64,000 nucleotides of DNA from Ranitomeya imitator (GCF_032444005.1 NC_091287.1:533634001-533698000); one strand, 5' to 3'. Positions 34,615-48,560 are shown, numbered from the stretch's first letter. The notes: generated by a model not told the origin, from the sequence alone. Numbers and translations: made by a program.

Positions 34615-37600
34615 TGTTATGATCTGGTAATTCAGTACCACAATGGACATAGAAGTCAGAGCACATACAGTGACCTGACAATAACCCAAAAGCATAGAAC
34701 GAGCTCTGAGACGTGGGAACTCTGCTGACCGCAATCCCTAATCCTCTCCAACCACACTAGAGGCAGCCGTGGATTGCGCCTAACGCTCCCTATGCAACTC
34801 GGCACAGCCTGAGAAACTAGCTAGCCTGAAGAAAGAAAATAAGCCTACCTTGCCTCAGAGAAATACCCCAAAGGAAAAGGCAGCCCCCACATATAATGAC
34901 TGTGAGTAAAGATGAAAAGACAAACATAGAGATGAAATAGATTTAGCAAAGTGAGGCCCGACTTTCTGAACAGAGCGAGGATAGGAAAGGTAACTTTGCG
35001 GTCAACACAAAACCCTACAAACAACCACGCAAAGGGGGCAAAAAGACCCTCCGTACCGAACTAACGGCACGGAGGTACACCCTCTGCGTCCCAGAGCTTC
35101 CAGCAAGCACGAGAAAACAAATAAGCAAGCTGGACAGAAAAAAACAGCAAACAAAATAGCAAAAGCGGAACTTAGCTATGCAGAGCAGCAGGCCACAGGA
35201 ACGATCCAGGAGGAAACAGGTCCAATACTAGAACATTGACTGGAGGCCAGGATCAAAGCACTAGGTGGAGTTAAATAGAGCAGCACCTAACGACTTCACC
35301 ACATCACCTGAGGAAGGAAACTCAGAAGCCGCAGTACCACTCTCCTCCACCAACGGAAGCTCACAGAGAGAATCAGCCGAAGTACCACTTGTGACCACAG
35401 GAGGGAGCTCTGCCACAGAATTCACAACAGTACCCCCCCCCCCCTTGAGGAGGGGTCACCGAACCCTCACCAGAGCCCCCAGGACGACCAGGATGGGCCA
35501 CATGAAAGGCACAAACAAGATCGGGAGCATGGACATCAGAGGCAAAGACCCAGGAATTATCTTCCTGAGCATAACCCTTCCACTTAACCAGATACTGGAG
35601 TTTCCGTCTTGAAACACGAGAATCCAAAATCTTCTCCACAATATATTCCAACTTCCCCTCCACCAAAACCGGGGAGGAGGATCAACAGATGGAACCATAG
35701 GTGCCACGTATCTCCGCAACAATGACCTATGGAATACGTTATGAATGGAAAAAGAATCTGGAAGGGTCAAACGAAAAGACACAGGATTAAGAACCTCAGA
35801 AATCCTATACGGACCAATGAAACGAGGTTTAAACTTAGGAGAGGAAACCTTCATAGGAATATGACGAGAAGATAACCAAACCAAATCCCCAACACGAAGT
35901 CGGGGACCCACACAGCGTCTGCAATTAGCGAAACGTTGAGCCTTCTCCTGGGACAAGGTCAAATTGTCCACTACATGAGTCCAAATCTGCTGCAACCTGT
36001 CCACCACAGTATCCACACCAGGACAGTCAGAAGACTCAACCTGCCCTGAAGAGAAATGAGGATGGAACCCAGAGTTGCAGAAAAACGGCGAAACCAAGGT
36101 AGCCGAGCTGGCCCGATTATTAAGGGCGAACTCAGCCAAAGGCAAAAAGGACACCCAGTCATCCTGATCAGCAGAAACAAAGCATCTCAGATATGTTTTC
36201 AAGGTCTGATTGGTTCGTTCGGTCTGGCCATTAGTCTGAGGATGAAAAGCCGAGGAAAAAGACAAGTCAATGCCCATCCTAGCACAAAAGGCTCGCCAAA
36301 ACCTCAAAACAAACTGGGAACCTCTGTCAGAAACGATATTCTCTGGAATGCCATGTAAACGAACCACATGCTGGAAGAACAATGGCACCAAATCAGAGGA
36401 GGAAGGTAATTTAGACAAGGGTACCAAATGGACCATCTTAGAGAAGCGATCACAAACCACCCAAATGACTGACATTTTTTGAGAGACGGGAAGATCTGAA
36501 ATAAAATCCATAGAGATATGTGTCCAAGGCCTCTTCGGGACCGGCAAGGGCAAAAGCAACCCACTGGCACGAGAACAGCAGGGCTTAGCCCGAGCACAAA
36601 TCCCGCAGGACTGCACAAAAGAACGCACATCCCGCGACAGAGATGGCCACCAAAAGGATCTAGCCACTAACTCTCTGGTACCAAAGATTCCAGGATGACC
36701 AGCCAACACCGAACAATGAACCTCAGAGATAACTTTATTCGTCCACCTATCAGGGACAAACAGTTTCTCCGCTGGGCAACGATCAGGTTTATTAGCCTGA
36801 AATTTTTGCAGCACCCGCCACAAATCAGGGGAGATGGCAGACACAATTACTCCCTCTTTGAGAATACCCGCCGGCTCAGATAAACCTGGAGAGTCGGGCA
36901 CAAAACTCCTAGACAGAGCATCCGCCTTCACATTTTTAGAGCCCGGAAGGTACGAAATCACAAAGTCAAAATGGGCAAAAAACAACGACCAACGAGCCTG
37001 TCTAGGATTCAACCGCTTGGCAGACTCGAGATAAGTCAAGTTCTTATGATCAGTCAAGACCACCACGCGATGCTTAGCTCCTTCAAGCCAATGACGCCAC
37101 TCCTCGAATGCCCACTTCATGGCCAGCAACTCTCGATTGCCAACATCATAATTTCGCTCAGCAGGTGAAAACTTCCTGGAAAAGAAGGCGCATGGTTTCA
37201 TCACAGAGCAATCAGAACTTCTCTGCGACAAAACAGCCCCTGCTCCAATCTCAGAAGCATCAACCTCGACCTGGAATGGAAGCGAAACATCTGGTTGACA
37301 CATCACAGGGGCAGAAGAAGAACGACGCTTCAACTCTTGAAAAGCTTCCACAGCAGCAGAAGACCAATTGACCACATCAGCACCCTTCTTGGTCAAATCG
37401 GTCAATGGTTTAGCAATACTAGAAAAATTGCAGATGAAGCGACGATAAAAATTAGCAAAGCCCAGGAACTTTTGCAGACTTTTCAGAGATGTCGGCTGAG
37501 TCCAATCATGGATGGCTTGGACCTTAACAGGGTCCATCTCGATAGTAGAAGGGGAAAAGATGAACCCCAAAAATGAAACCTTCTGAACACCAAAGAGACA

Positions 37601-38765
37601 CTTTGATCCCTTCACAAACAAAGAATTAGCACGCAGGACCTGAAACACTGTTCTGACCTGCTTCACATGAGACTCCAAATCATCCGAGAAGATCAAAATG
37701 TCATCCAAGTACACAATCAGGAATTTATCCAGGTACTCTCGGAAGATGTCATGCATAAAGGACTGAAACACTGATGGAGCATTGGCAAGTCCGAAAGGCA
37801 TTACTAGATACTCAAAATGGCCCTCGGGCGTATTAAATGCAGTTTTCCATTCATCGCCTCGCTTAATACGCACAAGATTATACGCACCACGAAGATCTAT
37901 CTTGGTGAACCAACTAGCCCCCTTAATCCGAGCAAACAAATCAGATAACAACGGCAAGGGGTACTGAAATTTAACCGTGATCTTATTTAGAATGCGGTAA
38001 TCTATACAAGGTCTCAGCGAACCATCCTTCTTGGCCACAAAAAAGAACCCTGCTCCTAATGGCGACGATGACGGGCGGATATGCCCCTTCTCCAAGGACT
38101 CCTTCACGTAACTCCGCATAGCGGCGTGCTCAGGCACAGATAAATTAAACAGTCGACCATTTGGGAATTTACTACCAGGAATCAAATCGATAGCACAATC
38201 ACAATCCCTATGCGGAGGTAGGGTATCGGACTTAGGCTCATCAAATACATCCCGGTAATCAGACAAGAACTCTGGAACCTCAGAAGGGGTGGATGACGAA
38301 ATAGACAGAAATGGGACATCACCATGTACCCCCTGACAACCCCATCTGGACACCGACATGGATTTCCAATCTAATACTGGATTATGGACTTGTAGCCATG
38401 GCAACCCCAACACGACCACATCATGCAAATTATGCAACACCAGAAAGCGAATAACCTCCTGATGTGCAGGAGCCATGCACATGGTCAGCTGGGTCCAGTA
38501 CTGAGACTTATTCTTGGCCAAAGGCGTAGCATCAATTCCTCTCAATGGAATAGGACACTGCAAGGGCTCCAAGAAAAACCCACAACGCCTAGCATACTCC
38601 AAGTCCATCAAATTCAGGGCAGCGCCTGAATCCACAAATGCCATGACAGAATAAGATGACAAAGAGCAGATCAAGGTAACGGACAAAAGAAATTTTGACT
38701 GTACCGTACCAATGGTGGCAGACCTAGCGAACCGCTTAGTGCGCTTAGGACAATCAGAGATAGCA
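34615..38765 (-). mobile_element. 5'-deleted Ty3/Gypsy chromovirus (relative of 16195-21885)
   Basis: 3' LTR at 34615-35429 (TGTTATG...CACAACA on the plus strand) and PPT as a C-run at 35433-35446. The pol region is homologous to copy 1. The 5' LTR and most of gag are missing; the sequence breaks inside the zinc knuckle. Confidence 0.93.
35373..38765 (-). pseudogene. Truncated gag-pol (protease, RT, RNase H, integrase, chromodomain) with one frameshift
   Basis: Retains FVDSGA, YLDDILIFS and the integrase motifs. A frameshift near 35670 (VDPPPRFW instead of VEPPAPVLVEG) moves the chromodomain into the 35373-35666 frame. Confidence 0.88.
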
Positions 38766-39835
38766 ATATGGCTGGGCAATATACTACGTAGCTGGGCGAT
38801 ATACTACGTGACTGGGCAATATACTACGTGACTGGACAATATACTACGTGACTGGGCAATATACTACGTGACTGGCCAATATACTACGTGACTGGGCAAT
38901 ATACTATGTGACTGGCCAATATACTACGTGACTGGGCAATATACTACGTGACTGGGCAATATACTACGTGGCTGGGCAATATACTACGTGGCTGGGCAAT
39001 ATACTATGTGGGCTGTGCAATATACTACGTGGCTGGGCACTATATTACGTGGCTGGCAATATACTACGTGACTGTGCTATATACTACGTGGCTGGGCAAT
39101 ATACTATGTGACTGGCCAATATACTATGTGACTGTGCAATATACTACGTGACTGGGCAATATACTATGTGGCTGGGCAATATACTACGTCACTGGGCAAT
39201 ATACTATGTGGTTGGGCAATATACTACATGGCTGGTCAATATACTACGTGGGCTGTGCAATATACTACGTGGCTGGGCACTATACTACGTGGCTGGCCAA
39301 TATACTACGTGACTGTGCAATATACTATGTGGCTGGGCAATATACTACGTGGCTGGGCAATATACTACGTGGCTGGGGAATATACTACGTGACTGGGCAA
39401 TATACTACGTGACTGGGCAATATACTACGTGGCTGGGCAATATACTACGTGACTGTGCAATATACTACGTGGCTGGGCAATATACTATGTGACTGGCCAA
39501 TATACTACGTGACTGTGCAATATACTACGTGACTGGGCAATATACTACGTGACTGGGCAATATACTACGTAACTGGGCAATATACTGCGTGGCTGGGCAA
39601 TATACTACGTGGCTGGGCAATATACTACGTCACTGGACAATATACTACGTGACTGGGCAATATACTACGTGGCTGGGCAATATACTACGTGGCTGGGCAA
39701 TATACTACGTGGGCTGTGCAATATACTACGTCACTGGGCAATATACTATGTGGCTGGGCAATATACTACGTGGCTGGGAAATATACTACGTGACTGGGCA
39801 ATATACTACGTGGCTGGGCAATATACTATGTGGAC
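38764..39835 (+). repeat. 20-bp minisatellite (GGGCAATATACTACGTG[A/G]CT)n, ~50 units
   Basis: Directly visible. Includes 19- and 21-bp variants and CpG-decay variants (TACGT to TATGT or TACAT). Confidence 0.95.
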
Positions 39836-40907
39836 ATGCATATTCTAGAATACCCGATGCGTTAGAATCGGTACACCATCTAGTTGGTTGTATAATTAAA
39901 TTGGAACTTAACTTCAAGAAAACAAAGGTCCAGTAATACATGGAAGATTTTAACAAATACAGCAAATGTATTGTTCACATTAAGACCCTGAACTTAAGTG
40001 AGCAGTTAAGAAGGTAATTTTAATCAGTTTGTGTGCACAGAGATAGCTTTCAGTCGCTGATCATGACCGCCCATTGGACTCCTAAGCCCCGAATTGAAAC
40101 GTCAGCTCATACAATTACATATGGAGACAATGTAGTTTAATTGTCCAGTTAAGAGTGCTTTGCAGATCTGTTGACTTTACAATAAAATAAAATAAAAAAA
40201 ACCTAATTTGATTCAATTTTCGACCTTGGTTTACTATAATTAATCTTCTAGTGCAAGCACAGTCTTAGTCTTACCTCGTTGCATGAGTGCAGCGCCCAAG
40301 ACCGAGGGGCCCAAATGATAAGGGGTATCTGTTGGCTTGGGCGGAGCCAAATGTTTCCCTGGAAATTCCCAGATTTCACTGGTGCCCATTTGATAATTTC
40401 CAGCCCAGATAAAAAAAAAAAAAATTACAAAAAATTGTTGGATGACTTCTGTTTTCTAGTTTAATTAGAACGCAGCTGGCAGCTATTAGATTTTGGACGA
40501 TAATTTTAACATAAGGTACTGCCAGATCTCAGCGTGCCACTGGAAAACTGGTTTGATTGGATTATAGTGCCAACACTTGCTCATTTCACAATGCTAATAA
40601 AGTAATGAAAACTGTCTTTGAAGGCTTGATATGTCCATGCAGGCTCCGTAAGGCGGTATTTTTGTTCTTAGGGGGCAGTATTGTATTGTCGGGAAGGATA
40701 TTCTTATTAGTTTTCTAGGAGCCTCAGGAATATTGGTCACATTAAAAAAAAAGGGATCCATTAGGATTATGTTCACTTTCACCAAGTTAGGACTTTCTAG
40801 ATGCCCTCTAAAAAGCTTAAACAATGGACAACTACTAGGCGTTCTAAAGAAAAGGAAAACAGCTCGTGGCATGAGATATTGACTGTGGGGGTCTGTCTGA
40901 CACATAA

Positions 40908-41352
40908 AGGTACCTTCACACATAACGATTTCGTTAAGGATATCGTTGCAATGTCACGCTTTTTGTGACGTAGCAATGATCCCGCTAACAATCTCGTTAT
41001 GTGTGTCAGCGACCAACGATCAGGCCCCTGCTGGGAGATCGTTGGTCGATGGGGAATGATCAGGACCTTTTTTTGGTCGCTGATCACCCGCTGTCATCGC
41101 TGGATCGGCGTCACACACGCACGCGTCAGACACTGCACTTAGTAACCCGATGTTTACCCTGGTTACCCGGGGACTTCGGCATCGTTGAAGACAGTTTCAA
41201 CGATGCCGAAGTCTTTCCCCTGATCGTTGGTCGCTGGAGAGAGCTGTCTGTGTGACAGCTCCCCAGCGACCACACAACGACTTACCAACGATCACGGCCA
41301 GGTCGTATCGCTGGTCGTGATCGTTGGTAAGTCGTTTAGTGTAACGGTACCT
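40908..41352. mobile_element. PIF/Harbinger-type MITE, internal-deletion derivative (arms B...A)
   Basis: AGGTACCTTCACAC...GTGTAACGGTACCT with TAA/TAA TSD. Reverse-complement homolog of 6366-7123 lacking about 300 bp of the centre. Confidence 0.85.
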
Positions 41353-41994
41353 TAAGACCTCAGTATGGCACATGGCAAGTGGTGGTCTGTTACAGATTTT
41401 GCTTTGGGGCCTAGAAGCTTTAAGCTTTCTATAGGTCCACTCAACATGGTTGAGAGTTCTGACAAGTCAAGTTAGGACTTATTAGATTCTCGATCTTTGA
41501 AGACTCTCTCCGAAGGGGTCCTTTTTATAACCTTTTGTGAGGGTTCATTCATACATCAGCCACATCAAAGAAGTCCCTCACACCATGTATCTAAGGTTCT
41601 TCACAATTATTGACATGTAAAAACATCATGTGGGCTCTTAGATTTTACTAACTGGCTCCTGGCCTCTATCCGGACATGAGTGCTATTCCATGCTTCTCCG
41701 TTTCCATGAATTGGGTCATTAATGATTGCAGGCTTTTTTGAGAAACTCACACTTTGGACTTTGGAATTTAACACCGTGTCAGAATGACTCTGCCGGCTAA
41801 TGAGTCACCCTGTGATGAGGGACTATTTTAGGTCACAGTGTTAATGGTCTTAAAGGTGTAACTTAATTTAGGCTTGGTCTACACTTCGCTAATAATGTGA
41901 TAATTGTAAACCTCAGAAAAAGGGATTATACAGTACAATACTGCTGAACCATTTACAATGATTTTGTTGAATTTGTCTGTGTGTTGTTGGCTTA

Positions 41995-42720
41995 AGGCCC
42001 CTTCACATTTAGCGACGCTGCAGCGATACCGACAACGATCCGGATCGCTGCAGCGTCGCTGTTTGGTCGCTGGAGAGCTGTCACACAGACCGCTCTCCAG
42101 CGACCAACGATGCCGGTAACCAGGGTAAACATCGGGTAACTAAGCGCAGGGCCGCGCTTAGTAACCCGATGTTTACCCTGGTTACCATGCTAAAAGTAAA
42201 AAAAAACAAACAGTACATACTTACCTACAGCCGTCTGTCCTCCAGCGCTGCGCTCTGCTTCTCTGCTCTCCTCCTGTACTGTCTGGGAGCCGGAAAGCAG
42301 AGCGGTGACGTCACCGCTCTGCTTTCCGGCTCACAGCCAGTACAGGAGGAGTGCAGAGCGCAGCGCTGGAGGACAGACAGCTGTAGGTAAGTATGTAGTG
42401 TTTGTTTTTTTTTACTTTTAGCATGGTAACTAGGGTAAACATCGGGTTACTAAGCGCGGCCCTGCGCTTAGTTACCCGATGTTTACCCTGGTTACCAGTG
42501 AAGACATCGCTGGATCGGTGTCACACACGCCGATCCAGCGATGTCTCCAGGGAGTCCAGCGACGAAATAAAGGTCTGGACTTTATTCAGCGACCAACGAT
42601 CTCCCAGCAGGGGCCTGATCGTTGGTCGCTGTCACACATAACGATTTCATTAACGATATCGTTGCTACGTCACAAATAGCAACGATATCGTTAACAATAT
42701 CGTTATGTGTGAAGGTACCT
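41995..42720. mobile_element. PIF/Harbinger-type palindromic MITE (arms C...B)
   Basis: TTA/TTA TSD; about 10 differences from 32891-33617. Confidence 0.87.
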
Positions 42721-43184
42721 TTACTTTACACTGAAATGAGCAGTATTTCTCATGGATATTTCAACGGTCAACCTTAAAGGGGTTGTCAAGTCCTGAAAGA
42801 CCATTTCTAAATGTTTTAAAGTAATTTTAAAAACAAAGAATTATTTCATCATGTTTTGCTTTCATGTGCTCCCATTGGTGCTGGTGGGGTGGGTCCTGGA
42901 CAAAGTCAGCCTCCTTCTTTGTCTGACAGTTGACAGTCTAATATGGTACCGTATGTTATTTCTCACTCGGAGAGGTAGATCCTAAGAGCCATCAGTCTGG
43001 ATGAACAGCTATTATGGAGCATGGACAGGTGATGTTGGTATAAGGAGGTGGCGGGGACCCTCAGTTGCTCCCTCTCTCCTGTATGCCGGGCATGTGTACC
43101 CCATGCAGTGCCCTGACAGTTTGGCTATAAACTACTTTGTTAATATGTATTACTGTTATTCATATGCTGTGTTTATATGTTATA

Positions 43185-43862
43185 TTCCCTCAGCGTATCC
43201 AGTTCAAATTGCTAATACTGACCTACAAAGCCATCCACAACCTGTCTCCTCCATATATCTCTGAACTAATCTCTCAATATCTTCCCTCACGTGATCTCCG
43301 GTCCTCCCAAGACCTCCTTCTCTCCTCCACACTTATTCGCTCCTCATCCAATCGCCTCCAAGACTTCTCCCGAATATCCCCCATCCTCTGGAACTCTCTG
43401 CCCCAACACATCCGACTATCAACCACAGTCGGATCCTTCAGACGGAACCTGAAAACTCATCTCTTCAGGAAAGCCTACAGCCTGCACTGACACCGCTGCT
43501 GCCTCATCACCAACGAAGCTACCGCCTCACCAACACCGGAGCTACCGCCTCACCAACACCGGAGCTACCGCCTCACCAACACCGGAGCTACCGCCTCACC
43601 AACACTGGAGCTACTGCCTCACCAACACCAGAGCTACCGCCTCACCAACACCGGAGCTCCTGCAACCCTCAACCTACTGTCTCCTTCCCCATAATCCTGT
43701 AGAATGTAAGCCCACAAGGGCAGGGTCCTCGCCCCTCTGTATCAGTCCGTCATTGTTAGTTTGTTAACTGTATGTGATATTTGTAACTTGTATGTAACCC
43801 CTTCTCATGTACAGCACCATGGAATCAATGGTGCTATATTAATAAATAATAATAATAATAAT
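43185..43862 (+). mobile_element. L2 LINE 3' portion with a 23-bp minisatellite in the 3' UTR
   Basis: Encodes QRIQFKLLILTYKAIHNLSPPYISEL...QDFSRISPILWNSLPQHIRLS...LKTHLFRKAY (stop at 43490). Six GCTACCGCCTCACCAACACCGGA units start at 43518. Ends in an (AAT)n tail. Confidence 0.88.
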
Positions 43863-44422
43863 ATGTCTGACATTGTCTTAATGTTTTACTATTGTGCATT
43901 GTAATATACAACATGCATATGTTAGATTAGGGATAGTAAGAGGTTAACTAAGGGCGCTGGATCAGCAGCCTCAAAGGGACAGGAAGTTCCTGTCTCCAGA
44001 CAGAGCCCGGGCAGGCTTGCACATGGCATATACCCCTGGAGGGAAAAGGTGCTACCACAGGACTGTCAGGCAGCAGGAATGGGCACTAGGACTGAGCAAG
44101 TGCCCATTAAAGGACTGTTTGCTCCTTGGAACCGGAGAGGAGCTGTTGAGGCAGAGTATCTGGATAGGGACAGCGCAGGAACCGTTATCTTCTTTCTTTT
44201 CATCGTTGTTAAAGTTCTACTATTGGGAAAGAACTGTGGCTCAGTGCTGCTTTATTGGACTAGAATTCCAGCATACACAGTGAGTACCCATCTCTTCATG
44301 TGCAAGGGGACGGAGTGTTCACTGACTGTTGCTTAATAGACTTGCCCACGACTACCACCCCGTGCCACCTTGTTACATTAGTACAGTGGGGAGATCCAGT
44401 TGGCATAACAGAGACTGTTGTG

Positions 44423-45253
44423 TATCATGCCGCTGCTGCCGCCTCCTCAGCCCTGTCATACTTACCTGTCTTCATCATCCCGGCGCGCTTCCCCTTCTGC
44501 AGCTTATTTCCCTCTGCGCTCGCTTCTGGCCTCTACTTCTCGTTCACGCGCGCATACCAGGTTCAGAGCTGCGCACGCGCACTTCTGATCCTCTGTCGGT
44601 GCTTCCTTTCGTCCTCTCTATGGTTCTGGAGGACTGGTACCCGGAAGTGCTGCGCTACCTTAAGGTATTTAAACTGCTTCCTGCCATCTCTCCGTGCCTG
44701 GTGATCATTTGTCCCTTCAAGTGCTCCTGGCCGCCCTTGATCTCTGAGAGTTCGTACCCTCTGACCTTGGGTTAATCCTGTCTTTCCAGTATCCTATCAG
44801 TCCCTGTGGCACTGCATTACCTTCATCAGTCCCTGTGTCACCGCAATACCTCCGTCAGTCCCCATACCGCTGCAGTATCTCCGTCAGTCCCTGTGTCACT
44901 GCAATACCTTTGTCAGTCCCCGTACCGCTGCAGTACCTCCGTCAGTCCCTGTGCCTCCGCAGTGCTTCGGCAGTGTTTGTGTTGTTGATGTGTACCCGCT
45001 ATCCTTTTGTCCCTGTCATAACCGCCAGTTCTGTGTCCCTGCAGTACTCTCCTATCCTGTGGTCCTACCGTCTCCGCCTCTTCTTGGTCTTCTCCCATCC
45101 CGGTCCTCCAGCTTCCGTGGCGATAGTCCCTCACGGGCCTGCCCCTAACTCTCCCTGTTTAGGGGGCTGTCTATCTGGTCAGCTCGTCCTTCGGTGGTTC
45201 GTCGTCGCGGTCTAGAGGGTCCACTTTCCGTTTTCCCTCTTAGAACCGTCACA
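44423..45253. mobile_element. Solo LTR (831 bp)
   Basis: TATCATG (probably mutated from TGTCATG)...CCGTCACA, flanked by a 5-bp TTGTG on both sides (44418-44422, 45254-45258). Contains internal ~30-bp CAGTCCC repeats. Confidence 0.7.
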
Positions 45254-46514
45254 TTGTGGTTGAGCATCAACTGGCATAGCAGAGTTGTAATCCACAAGGG
45301 AGCCAGGTAAACTCAGAGATGAGTAAGCAAGGTAGACTCAGTGTAGGAGAGCAGAATTCTACGGAGGGTTTTCAGTAGAGCAGGTCCAGCGAGGTAGCAC
45401 AGTATTGAGTTACAGAATTTATCTGAATCAAGGCTTTTTTTTTAGCAGGGCTGGTCCAGCAAAGTAGCAGAGGTACCTCAGTTTCAGTAACCAGAATAGT
45501 AGAACTGAGTTGTACAGGAAGTTCTGGGGCAGAGCTTGTCCAGTGAAGTAACAGAGCTGAGTTTGAGGCATAGAGCAATAATGCAGAGCTGGCACATCAA
45601 TAGGGCAACGTAGACTCAGCGATGTAGCACAGATGAGTTTCTAGCAGAGTCCAGAGCTGGTTATGGCAAAAGGTTCAAGACTAAGTAGAAGTCCACAGTA
45701 GCACCGTGAACTACCTGAATACTCAGGCGGCACCTGCCACCTGAAGCGGCCTGTAGCATCTGGAAGAGTAGATTACAGGTTCTCATTTGGAGGAAAAGAG
45801 ATAGGTGTATTAAGAAGAAAGACAGCGATCACTGGTAGAGCTACGACAGGTGAGTAACACTTTTTTACTTCCCCATAGAAGGACTAGACTTCCATGCTTC
45901 TTTCGAGGCTCTGCTCCATTCCTGACTAACAGGACAGGACACTATTTCTTCTTGGCTTTCAATTTTCATGTTGAACCCCAAGAAACTGGTGCACACTACA
46001 CATACAGTATATAACCTTAGATAGTATTGTCTACATGTTCTATTTTTTTTCTTTCCTAAATTCACAGCCATCAGTGCTGGTCACATAAAACGTGTGTCCT
46101 TTTAAGTCCTGAGTTAATATTTGGCAAAATCACCTTTTTTTTGTAATGGTAACCAACCAGATCCTAGAGTAATTACAGAGCACAGCGGAACATTTCCAGC
46201 TTTTGCTCTTATCTGAGTGTCTTCAGCGTGTGCGTAACAGCCAAGGTTGTCTAAATATGGAAAATAAAGAGGCAGCGGGCGCTGCGGCACTTCAAGGTAA
46301 TTCTTATATATAAATAAATACAGATGAGAGATTGGGTCATGTTCACAGAAGAGGGCAAAATGACCCGCATTTTCCTGGCATCTTATGTTCACCGTGCAGT
46401 TTAAGGCTAACTAATTACTTAAACAGGATTACCGTTCCCGAAGCTCCTATTAAATCTGTGGGTGATATTCTTTGGTGGTCAAGAACAAAAACATTCCCCC
46501 TTCACCTGTTCTGA

Positions 46515-48560
46515 TTGGTGGATCCTGTGTTATCTACTGTATATAGAGGTGCACTCAGTCATTGTACAGGAGGAGGAGGTGAGCTGTGATATCATCTATT
46601 GTGGATGGTGGATCCTGTGTTATCTACTGTATATAGAGGTGTTGTCAGTCATTGTACAGGAGGAGGAGGTGAGCTGTGACATCACCTATTGTGAATGGTG
46701 GATCCTGTGTTATCTACTGTATATAGAGGTGTTATCAGTCATTGTACAGGAGGAGGAGGTGAGCTGTGATATCACCTATTGTGAATGGTGGATCCTGTGT
46801 TATCTCCTGAATATAGAGGTGTTATCAGTCATTGTACAGGAGGAGGAGGTGAGCTGTGACATCACCTATTGTGAATGGTGGATCCTGTGTTATCTCCTGA
46901 ATATAGAGGTGTTATCAGTCATTGTACAGGAGGAGGAGGTGAGCTGTGACATCACCTATTGTGAATGGTGGATCCTGTGTTATCTCCTGAATATAGAGGT
47001 GTTATCAGTCATTGTACAGGAGGAGGAGGTGAGCTGTGACATCACCTATTGTGAATGGTGGATCCTGTGTTATCTACTGTATATAGCGGAGTTATCAGTC
47101 ATTGTACAGGAGGAGGAGGTGAGCTGTGACATCACCTATTGTGAATGCTGGATCCTGTGTTATCTCCTGAATATAGAGGTGTTATCAGTCATTGTACAGG
47201 AGGAGGAGGTGAGCTGTGACATCACCTATTGTGAATGGTGGATCCTGTGTTATCTACTGTATATAGCGGAGTTATCAGTCATTGTACAGGAGGAGGTGAG
47301 CTGTGACATCACCTATTGTGAATGATGGATCCTGTGTTATCTACTGTATATAGAGGTGTTATCAGTCACTGTACAGGAGTAGGTGAGCTGTGATATCACC
47401 TATTGTGGATGGTGGATCCTGTGTTATCTACTGTATATAGAGGTGTTATCAGTCATTGTACAGGAGGAGGAGGTGAGCTGTGACATCACCTATTATGAAT
47501 GGTGCATCCTGTGCTATCTTCTGTATATACAGGTGTTATCAGTCATTGTACAGGAGGAGGAGGTGAGCTGTGACATCACCTATTGTGGATGGTGGGTCCT
47601 GTGATATCTACCGTATATAGAGGTGTTATCAGTTATTGTACAGGAGGAGGAGGTGAGCTGTGACATCACCTATTGTGAATGGTGGATTTTGTGTTATCTA
47701 CTATATATAGAGGTGTTATCAGTCATTGCACAGGAGGAGGAGGTGAGCTGTGACATCACCTATTGTGAATGGTGGATCCTGTGTTATCTACTGTATATAG
47801 AGGTGTTATCAGTCATTGTACAGCAGGAGGAGGTGAGCTGTGATGTCACCTATTGTGAATGGTGGATCCTGTGTTATCTACTCTACATAGAGGTGTTATC
47901 AGTTATTGTACAGGAGGAGGAGGTGAGCTGTGACATCACCTATTATGAATGGTGGATTTTGTGTTATCTACTGTATATAGAGGTGTTATCAGTCATTGTA
48001 CAGGAGGGGGAGGTGAGCTGTGACATCACCTATTGTGAATGGTGGATCCTGTGTTATCTACTGTATATAGAGATGTTATCAGTCAATGTACAGGAGGAGG
48101 AGGTGAGCTGTGACATCACCTATTGTGAATGGTGGATCCTGTGTTATCTACTGTATATAGCGGAGTTATCAGTCATTGTACAGGAGGAGGAGGTGAGCTG
48201 TGACATCACCTATTGTGAATGGTGGATCCTGTGTTATCTCCTGAATATAGAGGTGTTATCAGTCATTGTACAGGAGGAGGAGGTGAGCTGTGACATCACC
48301 TATTGTGAATGCTGGATCCTGTGTTATCTACTGTATATAGCGGAGTTATCAGTCATTGTACAGGAGGAGGTGAGCTGTGACATCACCTATTGTGAATGGT
48401 GGATCCTGTGTTATCTACTGTATATAGAGGTGTTATCAGTCACTGTACAGGAGTAGGTGAGCTGTGATATCACCTATTGTGGATGGTGGATCCTGTGTTA
48501 TCTACTGTATATAGAGGTGTTATCAGTCATTGTACAGGAGGAGGAGGTGAGCTGTGACAT
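46515..48560 (+). repeat. 90-bp satellite, left block (~23 units)
   Basis: Unit ATTGTACAGGAGGAGGAGGTGAGCTGTGACATCACCTATTGTGAATGGTGGATCCTGTGTTATCTACTGTATATAGAGGTGTTATCAGTC. Confidence 0.97.

Larger units (their letters stand above)
33854..39883 (+). mobile_element. Non-autonomous Helitron carrying nested CR1 and Gypsy insertions and a 20-bp array
   Basis: A|TCTACTATATAATTGTCTAAGG start and CCGATGCGTTAGAATCGG..CCATCTAG|T end. Both termini match the short Helitron at 760-1129. Confidence 0.82.

Noticed and set aside
38764-39835. 20-bp repeat array as a CRISPR or as coding sequence
   Set aside because: The units are contiguous with no unique spacers, there are no cas genes, the context is vertebrate, and the ORFs are by-products of the repeat.
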